From Psammoneis japonica (taxonomy: Eukaryota), in the NCBI GenBank assembly GCA_008632985.1, contig QPGO01000182.1:1-64000 (forward strand): a stretch of 64,000 nucleotides of DNA, written 5' to 3'. The notes below the pieces were generated by a model. The model searched no databases and had not been told where the DNA came from. It saw only the letters and a program-made list of their open reading frames with translations. The translations under genes were made by a program, and so were the position numbers. Positions 1 through 12,764 of this stretch are shown here, piece by piece (within the stretch, counting starts at the first letter, position 1; the number at the start of each line of letters is the position of its first letter).

Positions 1-452
1 TGAGAGGAACAAGTTGAAAGTGTGCGTTTCTTTTGTTGACCCATTCTCAAAATTTTCACAATCCGTGAATGTCTCTTGTTTGTATTCCAGTGAGACTTAA
101 TCTTGGAGATAATTCTTTCAGTGGTCCTCTTCCATCTGAACTTGGCAATCTAAAGAATGCAGCCTTGATATTTGTCAGCATCAACCGTCTCTCTGGTAGT
201 ATTCCGTCAGAGCTTGCCAACCTTCCCAAGATTGGTAAGTGCTGTGCCGTGTCGTCGCTCAAGTCCTTTATCGTTTGTTCGACTACTCACAAGTCAATTT
301 TTTTTGCAGAGGAGTTGAAGCTCGACTTGAATAACTTTGAAGGCACGTTTCCCTCCGAAATATGTGAGGCACGAAAAGGAAAGTTCTACAACATTTTTGT
401 GGATTGCGACTTTCCCTGTCCTCGAGACTGTTGTAACTTTTGCACCTATTGA
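1..452 (+). CDS. 3' end of leucine-rich-repeat protein (partial, spliced)
   Basis: Plant-type LRR repeats LNLGDNSFSGPLPSELGNL, INRLSGSIPSELANL and LKLDLNNFEGTFPSEIC; Cys-rich end CDFPCPRDCCNFC; GT-AG introns at ~22-90 and 235-309. Confidence 0.8.
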
Positions 453-905
453 AAAAGGTGGGGATACCAGGGGGGGGGGGGACAACATCATATCAGTGGA
501 AAATAAGTTGGCCTCTAGAATCAAACTGCCGAGGGGAAGGGCAATCAAGAAGTACAGCAACGAGCTCTCTAGTACTTCTAGCTGATAAATGTAGATTATA
601 GATGCCGCATTTAGGTCCAACCTTACACAGCTGCCATTAAGAAAACTTACTGTTGAATAAAGGAGAAGAGCTAGGATAGCAGGATTAGAGATGCACTACT
701 ACGTCGCAGGTAGGTGGAAACACTGTCGAGATTACGGATGGACAGACGGACGGGCGGTTGAAGGTAGAATCGGAAAAGCTCAGAAGCCTGCCTCCGAAAG
801 CGCGACGACTTCAGAATCTTTTTTTTCTGCTTTCAACGGCAATGACAACTAAACAGTGCTGGCATTGTTTCCTCTTGTCTTCTTGAACGCACCTCTTTTG
901 AAACC

Positions 906-1700
906 ATGGGCGCCAATTGGAATCTTAGCGGATGCTGCAATAGCGAAGAAATCATCTTTCTCAGCCTCTTTGGTGGTTACCTCGTAATCAATTATTTGTT
1001 ATGGAATACATTTATTCTCAAACCAATGAAGCTGATTGCCGTGTTTGTACACGAAATGTCTCATGCCACGGCGTGCTGGATGACGGGTGGAACTGTGAAT
1101 AAAATTGAAGTACAAACCGATGAAGGTACGAGATTCTGCTGAACGTATGGCTTACTATGAACATGTACGCTCAAGACTAAAATTTGTTCTGCATATTTTT
1201 TTCTCTCTTAAGGCGGCGTGACAAAGTACCAGGGAGGGTGTCGCTGCATCATTATTCCAGCAGGTTACCTTGGATGTTCCTTTTGGGGAATGGTGTTTGT
1301 GGTGATGTCGGGAAACAGGATTTCAGCCACAATTGCGGCTTCGCTCTTTATATTGGCAATGATTGTTTCCCTGCGGTTTTCTCCCAACTCAACCATGGTT
1401 TGTCTCAACTTGGGGTTTATCGTTATTACTCTTGGTTTCATATTTCTGGAGTATTTTGTTGTCAATCCTATTCTGGAATACGTTACGCTTTATTATGGTG
1501 TCTTTATCGGAAGCTTCTCGATCTATGACATTTACGATGATTTGATTACGCGTACCGTGGAAGGAAGTGATGCTCATGCGTGTCATCAGTTGATACCTTG
1601 CTGTATTCCTCGTTGTGTTGGAGTGCAGTTTGCACTGGTGGCCTTTGCATTTCTGGGTCTGGGAGTATACCTTGCACTTGTCTGGATGGTAAGCACCTAA
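906..1700 (+). CDS. Peptidase M50B-like membrane metalloprotease (intron 1126-1212)
   Basis: HEMSH (HExxH) motif; splicing joins EG to GVTKYQGG...PAGYLG; several TM segments; YDIYDD...SDA motif. Confidence 0.85.
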
Positions 1701-1824
1701 GTTTGCTACGTTGGTGTCTTATCAACTTTGATCCGTTGGGGCATGTGTAAAATTAGGTGAGGTACTAGTAGCTTTAGTTCTGTAAAGTGTACAAGGCGAC
1801 TTCTGTATAGAGTATAGCATACAT

Positions 1825-2988
1825 CTACCAATTCGATAGCTCAGTGACTGCTTCCTTCAAATCCTGATTCTTCATGCTGTCTTTGTCTGCTGCATCTCGG
1901 TAGTCTCTTGGATGGCCGTGCCCAGGAGCAATCATATCCCAGACATCTGCATCCTCCACCATTAGTTTCAGCGTCTCGGATTGAAGCTTTCGACCCCCTT
2001 TATTATATCGGGGAAATCCAGACATGCGTCCACCGTTGCGGGTACTGTAAGCATACGTATCACCGGTGAACAGCACTCCAGGCGATCCCTTTCTCAAGAG
2101 TGAAAGAGATCCCGGCGAATGTCCAGGTGTGTGCCAAATGACAAAGTCATCGTCCGGCGAAACGTCACTTCCATCCAATGCCCACTTTTTCAAACCCTTG
2201 TCGTCTTTTCCTTTCAGCAAAACCTCTACATTCTCAAGCTCCGTGTCACCAATCCAGTTGTAACGCCCCAAATCGCCATTGTGAAAGATTCGTTTCAAAT
2301 TGGGAAACTCAGACGCCCACTTGTCATGGTCGTCCGTGTCATCCACGTGTGTCAAGAAGAGAAAGTCCGGTCCCTCAGGACCCGTCAAGGACGTGACGGT
2401 CCGTTTGGCTGCTGGACTGAATTTCGGCGTGTCCACCATGACCCACACCTTTTTACCTCGAAACATTCCAGATGACAAATATGGCGTAGCACCGAAACTT
2501 CCTTCATTGTGATGTCCAGTATAATACACGTTTTCCGCAAACGGTCGGGGAAATGGCAACTCGAGGCCATTGACTTTGGGAGACAATGCCAACGATTTGG
2601 ATAGCTCCTGCTCCTCCTGGGTCAGAGACGGCAAACCCCGATGATGCCGTTGAGCCTCCGTTTCGACTCGAATGGCCGCCACAGGACAGGCCGACAGTGC
2701 GGCTCGTGCCTTTTCCAATTCCTCTGCATCACCCGACGGTTGGTGGTGTACAATGTGTGCAAAATCGCTTGGCGCACGCCCAAAGACGGTCGGTGCAAAG
2801 TTGGAACACGCGGCGCAATTGATGCACTTTTCATTCACGTACAAGACGCCCTCTACATTATCTTCCAATCGTCTCGGAGCCGCCGCGAGACGTGTCGACG
2901 ACGAAGTAGCCGTGTTTGGCATGAACCCGTCGACGGATCGAACTTGCAACAGCGTCAAGGTTATAAGAGACATGATTGTTGTCTTCAT
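1825..2988 (-). CDS. Ferredoxin-domain / metallo-beta-lactamase fold protein, probably plastid-targeted
   Basis: CINCAAC...CPVAAI ferredoxin motif; THVDD, HTPGHSPGS, LFTGD and PGHG MBL motifs; signal peptide followed by VDG-FMP. Confidence 0.85.
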   Translation of the reverse strand: MKTTIMSLITLTLLQVRSVDGFMPNTATSSSTRLAAAPRRLEDNVEGVLYVNEKCINCAACSNFAPTVFGRAPSDFAHIVHHQPSGDAEELEKARAALSACPVAAIRVETEAQRHHRGLPSLTQEEQELSKSLALSPKVNGLELPFPRPFAENVYYTGHHNEGSFGATPYLSSGMFRGKKVWVMVDTPKFSPAAKRTVTSLTGPEGPDFLFLTHVDDTDDHDKWASEFPNLKRIFHNGDLGRYNWIGDTELENVEVLLKGKDDKGLKKWALDGSDVSPDDDFVIWHTPGHSPGSLSLLRKGSPGVLFTGDTYAYSTRNGGRMSGFPRYNKGGRKLQSETLKLMVEDADVWDMIAPGHGHPRDYRDAADKDSMKNQDLKEAVTELSNW

Positions 2989-3491
2989 GATTGCCTCGAC
3001 AGATGCTTGCTCTGGATATGAAATGCGCCTCGTTAATGAGGAAACGAGAATATGAGACCAGTAGGGATGTGCGTTTCCAGTGAGTTCAGTGAAGATGCTC
3101 TTCGATCATCATGAAGTGGATGAATGAAGAATGAAGTGATGCAATGTTGTGGATCCAGGATGGTGTCAGCGCGCAGAATGTTGCAGAACGAAAAATCGAA
3201 CAAAATCGAACAGAAGAGAAGGTTGAGACCCTACCTATCTTCGAGCGCAATTGTCCGTACGTGGTCCGGCACAAAACTCCCTCCGACCTCGCGGACCTCG
3301 ACCGCTCCGACGCGATGGTGTGACCACCATGACTGTGAGCCTGTGAGCACACCGCAATGCCGGTGTCCAATAATCATCGTTTCTCTGTCTAGCCTACTCA
3401 ATGTTAGTCGTAAAGCATTGAGTTTTGAAAAAAAGCTTTGTTCTGCTTTTCTCTACCACGTCACGAAGAAATCGCTGTGGATTCCGACACG

Positions 3492-4290
3492 ATGAACACA
3501 TCATCGTTCATGTTGCAGCTTCAATCACGAAGATGGAGCAGATTTTTCTTCATTGTCTTGATTACAATACTAAACTTGATTGTTGAGATGGAGGCATTTT
3601 CATCGGGAATGAGAGCTCAGAAAAGATGGATGCGTCCGAGGTCGACAGTTGTGTTGTTCAAGAGTCGAATAGAAAGAGTCGGACCTCCACCTCCCGACAT
3701 GGAAGATCCAATACCAGAGCCAATTATTATCGAGGAAGAAACTGAACCTGATATGGAAATTCCAGTCATGTCCCTGGACGAATTGCTCAAGCCCTCTACC
3801 ATGTGCAATGTAAATCAAATGGGGCCGACAGCGTTGGCCTACATTGGCGACGTTGTGTTTGAACTCTTTGTTCGTTCTCGATTTGTCTGGCCAACAAGAC
3901 GAACTGCTGATTTACAGCAAAAGGTAGTGTCTCTTGTACGAGGTGCGTCGCGTTACTGATACCGTTGTTGGGAATAGCCAGTCGTAAACATTACGTGACG
4001 ACTCACTCGGTACGTGTTTTGTATTGTAATGTCCAACTCTATCAGCCGAGTATCAATCACAACTTTTGAAGCAGCTGCTAGAATCGTTTGACTTGACAAA
4101 TGACGAGAGACAAATAATAGCTCGAGGAAGAAACTCATCAACCGTGTCGTCAAAGAATCGTAGAAACGCCTCAGCCTACCAGGACGCAACCGCGTTGGAA
4201 GCACTCGTGGGCTACTTGTACATTACAAATCAAGCGAGACTTGAGGAGGTACTGAACTGGATTTATGTTCATTTGGATACCGATGATTGA
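3492..4290 (+). CDS. Mini-ribonuclease III family protein (intron 3943-4045), probably organellar
   Basis: ALAYIGDVVFELFVR; splicing gives VRAEYQS; RGRN and YQDATALEALVGYLY motifs; hydrophobic N-terminus followed by EAF. Confidence 0.85.
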
Positions 4291-4721
4291 CATGAGAAAG
4301 TTTAAATCATTGTTTAACTTCACTTGGGGGTGTTCTAACGTTAGCATCCTAAGCCCATGTGCTTTCAGATTTTCGCTACCTTAAGATTGTGCTCCTATAC
4401 CTTGCAGCCGGAGTTGTCTTTGCAATTGGCTATGTGGGGAGTAGTCCTCTCTACTGCTAGAATATGGTACTATATCTAGATTAGAGGTACAGTAGAAGTA
4501 GCTCTCTACTCTCTAGTAGAGCTAGCTACTTCTCTACTCTAATTCGGACAACGAGACAGGCAGACAGGAGACGTTTTGGCGCGAGCTTAGTTTCGCGCGA
4601 GTTCCATGCCGAAGCAAGATCTGCCTGCTTTTCGTTGCGGTCAGTCGAAGCCACAGAGCCATTAAAGTTATTGAATATTTCGAAAGTGTAAAGGCTCAAC
4701 CATATACCCGTTATATACATT

Positions 4722-6018
4722 ATGCGACGCTTGTGTAGCTCATCAATGAGTTCCTTGATCGTTATTAGTTTGGCTTGTCTTGTTTGTAGAACTTCTTCTC
4801 TTTTCTTCGCGGCCAACAAACCAAAGATTGGACGTGTCCAAGCTGGGCCCATGTAAGTACGCGATTGCAATGATTTTCCTTCTCGTCATGCTGCTCGGAT
4901 TGATTCAAAGGTTGTGCTTGTTTTTCTTCGCAAAAAGACAAATCAGCAGTCTCGGTTGCGGAACATGGAGCTGGGGCAACCGTTTGCTATTCGATTATGA
5001 TCCGTCTCAAGATGAAGAAATCTTTGGCGCGTATCGAGCAGTAAGAGATGCTGGTGTGACAATATTTGGTAAGCTTAATATGCCTCTGCAGGTTAAATCC
5101 CTTTCTCCTTTTGGTAGCTCTTCTCACGCACTCTTCTTTATTTGAGTTATTTCAGACACTGCAGACTCGTATGGAACATTTGATCTCAATGGAAGAGCTG
5201 AAAAGCTTCTTGGACAATTTGAACGCCGCTATCAATCAGAAAAGAAAGAATCCAATCCCAACTGGAAGCCCACTCCAGACACAGAACAGCAGGTGGCGAC
5301 AAAATTTGCACCCTATCCATGGAGACTCACGCGTGGTAGCCTAGTAAAAGCAGCTCGCGATTCGTTGGAGCGGTTGGAGCAGCCAAAGTTGGCCCTTGCT
5401 CAGCTCCACTGGTCTGTCTCAAAATATCTACCGTACCAAGAGACTCAGCTTTGGGAAGGAATTGCTGATGTGTATGATGAGGGATTGTGTGATGCTGTTG
5501 GTGTTTCAAATTATGGACCAATTCAATTGCAAAAGGTGGCGCGACGCATGAAGGAACGGCAAGTTCCTCTCGCGACAGCACAGATTCAGTACTCTCTCAT
5601 GACATACAAAGAGTGCGTCCCCATGAATGAAGTGTGCGACGATGAAGATATACGCTTGATTTCCTACTCTCCCTTGTGTCTTGGTTTGTTGACGGGTAAA
5701 TACAATCTCGACAATTTGCCCCGACAAGGGAATCCCCGTCGGCAGCTGTTTCGAGAGTTGCTCCCTGGTGCCAAGGACCTGTTGCAGACGCTGGAAGCAG
5801 TTGCAAAAGATGCTGGGAAAAGCCAAACACAGGTTGCGATTAATTGGGCAATATCGAAAGGAACGGTTCCAATTCCTGGAGCAAGAACTCTTGAGCAAGC
5901 TCAGGAGAATCTTGGTGCTACCGGTTGGTCCCTCAGTCCTGGAGCTATCGACGAGTTAGAGCGAGCAGCTTCAAGTGTCGACAAACCCATGATTCAAAAC
6001 ATATTTCAGACCAAATAA
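4722..6018 (+). CDS. Aldo-keto reductase (pyridoxal reductase-like), spliced
   Basis: LGCGTWSWGN, DTADSYG across an intron, ATKFAPYPWR, AVGVSNYG, YSPLCLGLLTGKY, PIPGART; introns start at ~4853 and ~5069. Confidence 0.85.
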
Positions 6019-6217
6019 GGGATACATATGCCCTACCAGTAGGGCCCTATGCCGTAGTAGGGCGGTGGATCTGTTCACTCAGGTTTGTGATTTTGTCTGC
6101 AAGCGTGATTTACACACTTCTCTACTAGAGTAGCTCTCTAGAGAGTAGAGCTCTAGAGTAGCTACTAGCTAGTAGAGGTTCCCTCTGGCCCTCTTGGGTC
6201 TTCGTGCAGAGCAGATA

Positions 6218-6724
6218 AGCCATGTGCACTGGTACAAAAATCACGTAGGATTTTTACGTAGAAAAAATCATAAAAATCAGGGTTTGGGCCGATTTTTTTC
6301 TCGTAGCCCTACATCTACCGTACCGTGCTTCTCGGCTCCACCGACGCCTCAAGGAATCGTTTTACCCTGAAACCATTGACACTTTACATGATGACTTTTA
6401 CATAAATAACGCGATTCTGTGCCTGAACACTTCAAAATTCCATTTTCAGAAATTCGATCAACACTTCACTACGGTTCCACTACGATGAACATTTTCCAAT
6501 GATGGAATTTTGCCGAACGGTGGACATCGTCGTGTTTGTCATGAAAAAGTAAGTACAGTACGCAAAGTGTCAACCATTATGACTGAAATCGATTCCTTGA
6601 GGTCGTGGCCTACTGTATTTTTCGCAAACGAACAAGATATTCTACGTCAATTTTCTACGTGAGTTTTGTACCAGAAATCGGCCGGAACCCTGTTTTTCGG
6701 GACTCATAACCCCTGCACATGGCT
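6218..6724. mobile_element. MITE / foldback non-autonomous DNA transposon
   Basis: Terminal inverted repeat AGCCATGTGCA...TGCACATGGCT flanked by 4-bp direct repeat GATA (6214-6217, 6725-6728); nested inverted repeats CTGGTACAAAA-TCACGTAG and CCTCAAGGAATCG...TTGACACTTT. Confidence 0.75.
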
Positions 6725-7012
6725 GATACGAAGTTTTACTGTCGATTTCGCCCCCAAGTTATGACAACCATGCTTTTTCTTATGGCGCGTCTTGTTGCCA
6801 CGTCATTGTCTATAGCCCTTCGCGTCTCGGCGAAACTGAAAAATGCCAAAACATGACATCATCAGCGGAAATTGCACGGTCACGCATGCTGGCACCCAGT
6901 CGTCATGTCAGGGAAGTATTGAAGCAGCGTGGTGAAACTTCACCTCTACCTCCTTCACCATATCAACAATTCATACAGCAGTACGTACTACCAAAGCCTT
7001 TGTTTATCCATA

Positions 7013-8514
7013 ATGAATGATAGGACAGAGAAGGCGGCTTCTTTGAGGTCGCCAGCTCTTAAAGAAAAATGGTCCAGAACCAGTAGCACGGTACTGGATG
7101 TATTCGATGAGAATGAAAAGCCGTCGAACGAAAAGCATGAAAAAGCAAAGGGCGTCGTCGACCGTAGGCAATTCTTCAAGCAAATGCGTCAAGAGTCCTC
7201 ATCTAGCTGGCAACCAGAGAATAATGGAGGGCAACAGATAACACCAAGCATCACAATACCGCAAGCCTTGTTGGATGTCAGCCGGCATACTACTGCATAT
7301 AGCGTTGGTACGGCGGCCGAGGAAGAAGATGATCAAGCTAAATCTGAGTTTTCGATGGGTGATCCTCTTCACGAAGATATTCTTTTGATCGGTCGGTGGC
7401 GGAACCGCGTCGGAGCGTTCATAAACTGTCGGATATGCCAGTGCATTTTAATGGGTATGATCATCATCAACGCCGGAATACTGGGAGCCCTGACCTTCTT
7501 GTACGACAACCCAGGGGCCTCCAGGGTATTGGAAATCATTGATTACACATTCCTTGGAGTTTTCACGCTCGAAACTTCTCTTCAGGGGTTCTATTTGGGA
7601 CCCGTACGTTACTTGAGAAACCTCTGGCTGTTGTGGGATTTAATCATTATTATTCTGTCCTGGGCTTTCTTGTCGTTCCCGTCGATCTCTGTCATGAGAT
7701 CATTTCGGATTTTTCGGATTTTTGTTCTCTTTTCGAGATCCGAGTCTATGCGGGTTCTTGTGAAGGCAGTCGGTCGGACCCTCCCAAAGATGGCATCCAT
7801 CTGGGTCGCGCTGCTGCTGTTCTTTTACACCTTTTGCGTTCTATTCACGGTAAGACAATGTCTTTTAGCCGTCTCCCTAGCTGCTGCTACTTTCTCACTT
7901 TTGCTTCCATGTATCGTTGTCTTTTGCAGGATCTCTACCATGGCTTATACGACGATAACTACTTGGATTACGACTACTTTGGAAGATTGGATCGCACCTT
8001 TTTGACACTCTTCCAATTCATGACGTTAGACTCTTGGTCGAATGTCGTCCGCCAAGTTCAGGAAGCACGTCCTGCTGCCTTGATTGGTTTCTGTATTTGG
8101 ATCATTATTACGGCCTTTTTCGTCATGAACCTCATGGTGGCCGTGATTTGTGAATCCTTGATTGAGATTAACAACATGAGAGACAAGAAGAGACAAAACA
8201 AAATGCTCAAGCAACAACGTAACTTGATTTCGGCACAGACGGAAGAGCTATTGGAAGAAACTCACGAAGTTGTCAAGCTGCAGAAAGAGATGCTAGCAAA
8301 TCAAGTGATTATGCAGCAGCTTTTGGTGCAAATTGCTACGCAAATGTCGCAGCAGAACAACCCGCAGACATCCTTAGCACCCCCTGATCAAAACAATGCC
8401 GAGCAAGTAGTAGGCGGAAAAGGAGCACTTGCGAGATTAATGACTGATGTCGCAGATGAGAGTGATGACGAAAATGTTCACTCCGAAGAACCGCCTCGGA
8501 GCACGGAAGACTAA
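7013..8514 (+). CDS. Single-domain voltage-gated cation channel, EukCatA/BacNav-like, paralogue 1 (intron 7850-7929)
   Basis: 6-TM Ion_trans layout; S4 RSFRIFR; pore FLTLFQFMTLDSWSNVVR; S6 MNLMVAVICE; C-terminal coiled coil. Confidence 0.85.
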
Positions 8515-9321
8515 ATCCACACGCCTGATTTTTCATCCTCGCTTCCTGTTGCAGGCTTGCACTTTTTTGTTGAACACAACACGTTCTGATTCTCAATTCT
8601 CAATTTATGCCTTCTCTGTTGTCACCATGTGCCATCGTCCGGTTAACAACTGCCTCGTGGAGTACATCATTTTGTAGTCACAGTTAACCTTGTAGTTCAC
8701 ATTTTTTTGCAGTTTACACGTTGAAGAGCTAAAGCAGAGACGTGAGGGACAGCAGAATGAGGCGTCAATGGAGCTGCCGGAGCGGAGGGATAGAAGGAGG
8801 GGCATTTCGTAGATGGGGCAGGGGGGATTCATGCAAAAGGCAGAGAGGAACCAAACAGCATGGGTGGAAAGATGGTGCGGGATGCTGTGGCTCAAGGGTG
8901 CAGGAGTGGTGGGGGAGGGAGGACTGGTGTGTGCTGCCACAGCGGCAGCAACTGGCAAGTCAGTTCCAGGTGAAATCAGCAGAAGGGAGGAGGGACGCAG
9001 GAGAAGCAAGGGCATGAAGGAGGGCAAAGTGGAGAGCATCAGAGTCATGGAGGTCAGAGGAAGAGGGCCAGGGAGGCCTGGACTGGGAGCAAGTGGCAGA
9101 AAGCAAAGAAACAAAGAGGAAGCAGAAAAAGAAGAAGCCAAGAACACCCAGGTGACCAACAGCAAAAGGAACAAGGAAGATCCTGTTGCTGTTGTTGTTG
9201 AGGGAGTCAACAGCAAGAGAGCCATCAACTGAGAAACAGGATGGTGCAAGGAACTTTTGCCCCATGCCAATGTTGCACTGCAACTCCTTTGTGGATGCAG
9301 AAGCAGAGGGGGCAGGCAGGC

Positions 9322-9597
9322 TGACAGAAATTGAAGGCAAATGGCAAGAATTCAAACAACAACTCCTTGCTGCTGTCTAAACAGCAGATGAGTCTCCGCT
9401 CAGAGACCGTCACAGGAGCCGAAAGATGTGCAAGTCAGTGTGGTCGGGCCACTGTTGTCATTCTTGTGAGCCTTGTGGCTCGAAAGCAAACTGCATCACG
9501 CGCGAACACGCGGAACTAAAGCACACAAAACTGTGCGCGGCAAACCAAACAGTGCGCGACATTTCGCGCGCACCCAAATCCTGTTCAAATCCTGTCA
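9322..9597 (-). repeat. 3' LTR of Copia element
   Basis: Ungapped direct repeat of 16721-16996; TGACAG...CTGTCA ends. Confidence 0.95.
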
Positions 9598-12047
9598 CTC
9601 CCCAGTTTGCTTGAGGAGCCACAGAAACAGATTCGACTTCGGATGGAATGAAGTTCCAGAACATGAGGGGGCAGAGAAGGTCCCAGATTTGGGAGCAACC
9701 CCAATGCTTGCTGAGAATGTCAGCAGGGTTGCGGGAGCCTTCGATGAAGTGGAACTCAAGGCAACCAGAGGCAATTGCCTCAAGCACATGGCGGAACAAT
9801 GGCGCGGTGTGTCGCTTGTGTAACTTGGAGTGCGGGATGGTGGCACTGTCTACAACCGACTTGTTGTCACCGAACATGCAACTGACGTTACGGATCGGGA
9901 CACCAAGGTGGCGCAGGGTGATGCGCAGGTCAACAATCTGCTCAACACAAGTCCTTGCGGCAACAAATTCAGACCCGCAGGTTGCAGTCTCCACGGTGGC
10001 TTGCTTCTCAGAGAAACCAATCAGCCGGGAATTTGTTGAGGAAGTGGAGCATTCCCATGACAGAGCGTCCGGTGAGCATGCAATGGTGCAAGTTTGCATC
10101 GACGCAGTGGGTGGCAGTGACGAACTTGCCAAGGGGCGGTGGAGCATCCTTCGGGATCATCTCTTCTGCTTCGCCGCACACGGAATGCACCCACTCACAG
10201 GCCGGAGCAGGGAGATCCAAACAGCTGGGCTCTTCCATGCGAACGCGGAGAGCGCCGTGTCGCATCTTGGAGAGGTGCCCACAGACGCGTTTGGCACGAT
10301 CCAAGTGGCCTTGACGGGGTGCAGCTCGGAAGCTGGAGAGTGACATGACGGCCGTGGCAATGTCAATTTGACCAAGGGACACTGCCCATTGGAGTGAACC
10401 AACAAGAGACTGGAACTTGTGAATGCCATCGGGCTCCAGCAGTTCGGAAGTGTCCAGCTCGGGGTGGTCACCCTTCTCCAGAGGTGACAGGGCATTGGTG
10501 GCAGGTTTCTCCCCAAACAGTCGGGTGCAGCTGTCGACCATGCGCTCGATGCACTTGCGTGGAGACAGGCACAAGGTGCCGTCGGGATCCCGGGAAAAGT
10601 CGCAACCCAGATGGAACTCAATGGGTCCCGTGCCCTTGAGCTTGAACTTGCACTTTTCCATGAGAGTGTCGACGAAAGATTGAGGGTCCTTCACAGCAAT
10701 GGCAAGGTCATCCACATGAACGGCAATGCATTCACAGTGGTCGCCGTTCCTGCGCATCCAAATGTCGGGTTCGGCGCGGCAGGGGAAGAAGCCTTCAGCT
10801 GGCAGGCAGTTGGCGAAGCGCTCGTGCCAGCGGAGACCGGAGCTGCGCAGTCCACACAGGGCCTTGTGGATGACAAGGATGTGTCCTTCGAGTTTGCCAA
10901 ATTCGGGTCCGGCTGCAATGTAGAGCTTCTCCTTGGTGGTGGCTTCAAGGTGGGCATTGCCAATGTTGGTGGCCCATGTCTCCAACTCGTTGAGTTCGGC
11001 CAGGAAAATCATCAGCCGAAGGCCACGGAGGGAGACTGCTCTGGAGTGGACACCATCGATGGGCACGTCCGTGAGGTGCCCATCAGCTGCGAGTCGTGCC
11101 TTGTGGCGACCGTCGTGTTTCACGTCGCACACCAGGTGCGCTCGGATCTTCTTGTGTCCAGCAGGAGGAGTGGAAGACTCGAAGGGCCTGCAGTCATGGA
11201 AGACTTCGTATTCCCCGAGTTGGTCCATCTCAAGATTAGTTGCGTCTCCCCATTTGTGGTTGCCGTTGCGTTCGTCTGGTGACATGGCGTGTTTGCAGTT
11301 CCGGGGAACTTTGCATCCGCACTTGCAGCGAGGTGCAGTGCGGAAGGAGCGAAGCTTGGCTTGGTTGGCCATGCGAAATGGCTTCTTCTGGTGCCTCGCG
11401 ATGGTGCGGAACCGCTTCCAGCCATCAGCGTCGAGAAGTCCGTTCTCTCGTGCATGGATGGCGCAGGTGACGGGGTCATCCTTGGCGATGATGGCAAGAG
11501 GCTTGGACGTGATCTCCCCACTTTCCCATTCAAGCATGATGTTGTAGCTTGAGCCTTTCCAGGTTGGGTCATGAGGCTTCAGAGGTCCTTCGTGTGACAC
11601 GATGCGTCGAAATTTCCAAACAGCAGTGTCTTCGTCTTCTTGCTCAATGTGATTCATGATGTCGTTGCAGGCAAGGACTTCCTCGTATTCATCGTTGTTG
11701 ACAGAGCAGACAAACTCAGTGAGCTCAGGATTGCCACTCACTTTCCATTCGTGGTCTTCGACGGCCTTGACGATGCGAGCTCTGTGGCGTTGTCCGTCCT
11801 CTTGTGGCTGCATGAGGAAGGTGCGTCTGATGATGTCTTGCGGATCGAAAACTGGCATCTTGGGTGTCCTGATCTCCCCATCAGGAGAATCGACGGGGTT
11901 GTCGTCATGGCGAGATTTGATGATGGGTTCAGGTGGCTCCCCATCAGGAGGATCAAGACGCAGGTTTCAAACGGCAGGATCGGTGGCAGCGGATCGTACG
12001 TTGGACCAGCAGAGGATCTTCTGAGTCTCGTCAGAGAGAATCTTGAA

Positions 12048-12437
12048 GACGCGTTCCAGGTCTAGGTGGGACCTCGCACTGCTGAACTGTGACATCGACA
12101 GTTTTTTGAGTCTCGTCGTATGTCGCGCACGTAGATTTCTACGTGATTTTTTTGATGTTTTGTGTCATTTTACGGTGCACTTGTTGAGTGATCCGTCCAA
12201 CAACTTTTAACATTTTTTGTTACAGCGCGATTCTACAATGTCTTAAGAATCGCGTAGGGCAGGCGAAGTTGCAAAAACGTCGAGTGGCAAGAGGCACAAT
12301 TGTGCCACAAACTTGGCCGTTTGTTTGATGTTGAAGACAAATGTGTCCATTGATTAAATTCTCGTACTACGGAGCTCGCACGTAGAATTCTACGGGCCCA
12401 ATGTCACACGGAGTCCCACCTAGGGCTGGAACGCATC
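12048..12437. mobile_element. 390-bp MITE inserted into the Copia pol region
   Basis: TIRs GACGCGTTCCAGGTCTAGGTGGGAC / GTCCCACCTAGGGCTGGAACGCATC; 4-bp TSD TGAA (12044-12047, 12438-12441); removing it restores HQMTFKILSDETQ. Confidence 0.9.
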
Positions 12438-12764
12438 TGAAGGTCATCTGGTGGCCGACGTGCTCAGCAATGCCAACAAAGCGTCCACGCAACTCACGGG
12501 ATTCGGATGGCCAATCGGAGTCATCGAGGTGGAAGTGCACAGGTTCCCACCAGTGAAAGCGAAGCAATGGGCTGATGTCCGGGGTGGAGCCAGTGAGAGT
12601 CTCGAGGGGTGTGTGCCAGTGGAGACGTGGGGACGCTGCATGGTTGAGTGTGAAGCACACGCACATGAGCGCCAGCAGCCATGTGTGGGCAGGCGAACCG
12701 AAACGATCCATGACAGTGTTCGCCATGTGCTTCACAGTCTGGCATTGACGCTCGGCAAAGTTTT

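Noticed and set aside
470..481. G12 homopolymer
   Set aside because: Isolated run with no supporting structure; length unreliable in this assembly.
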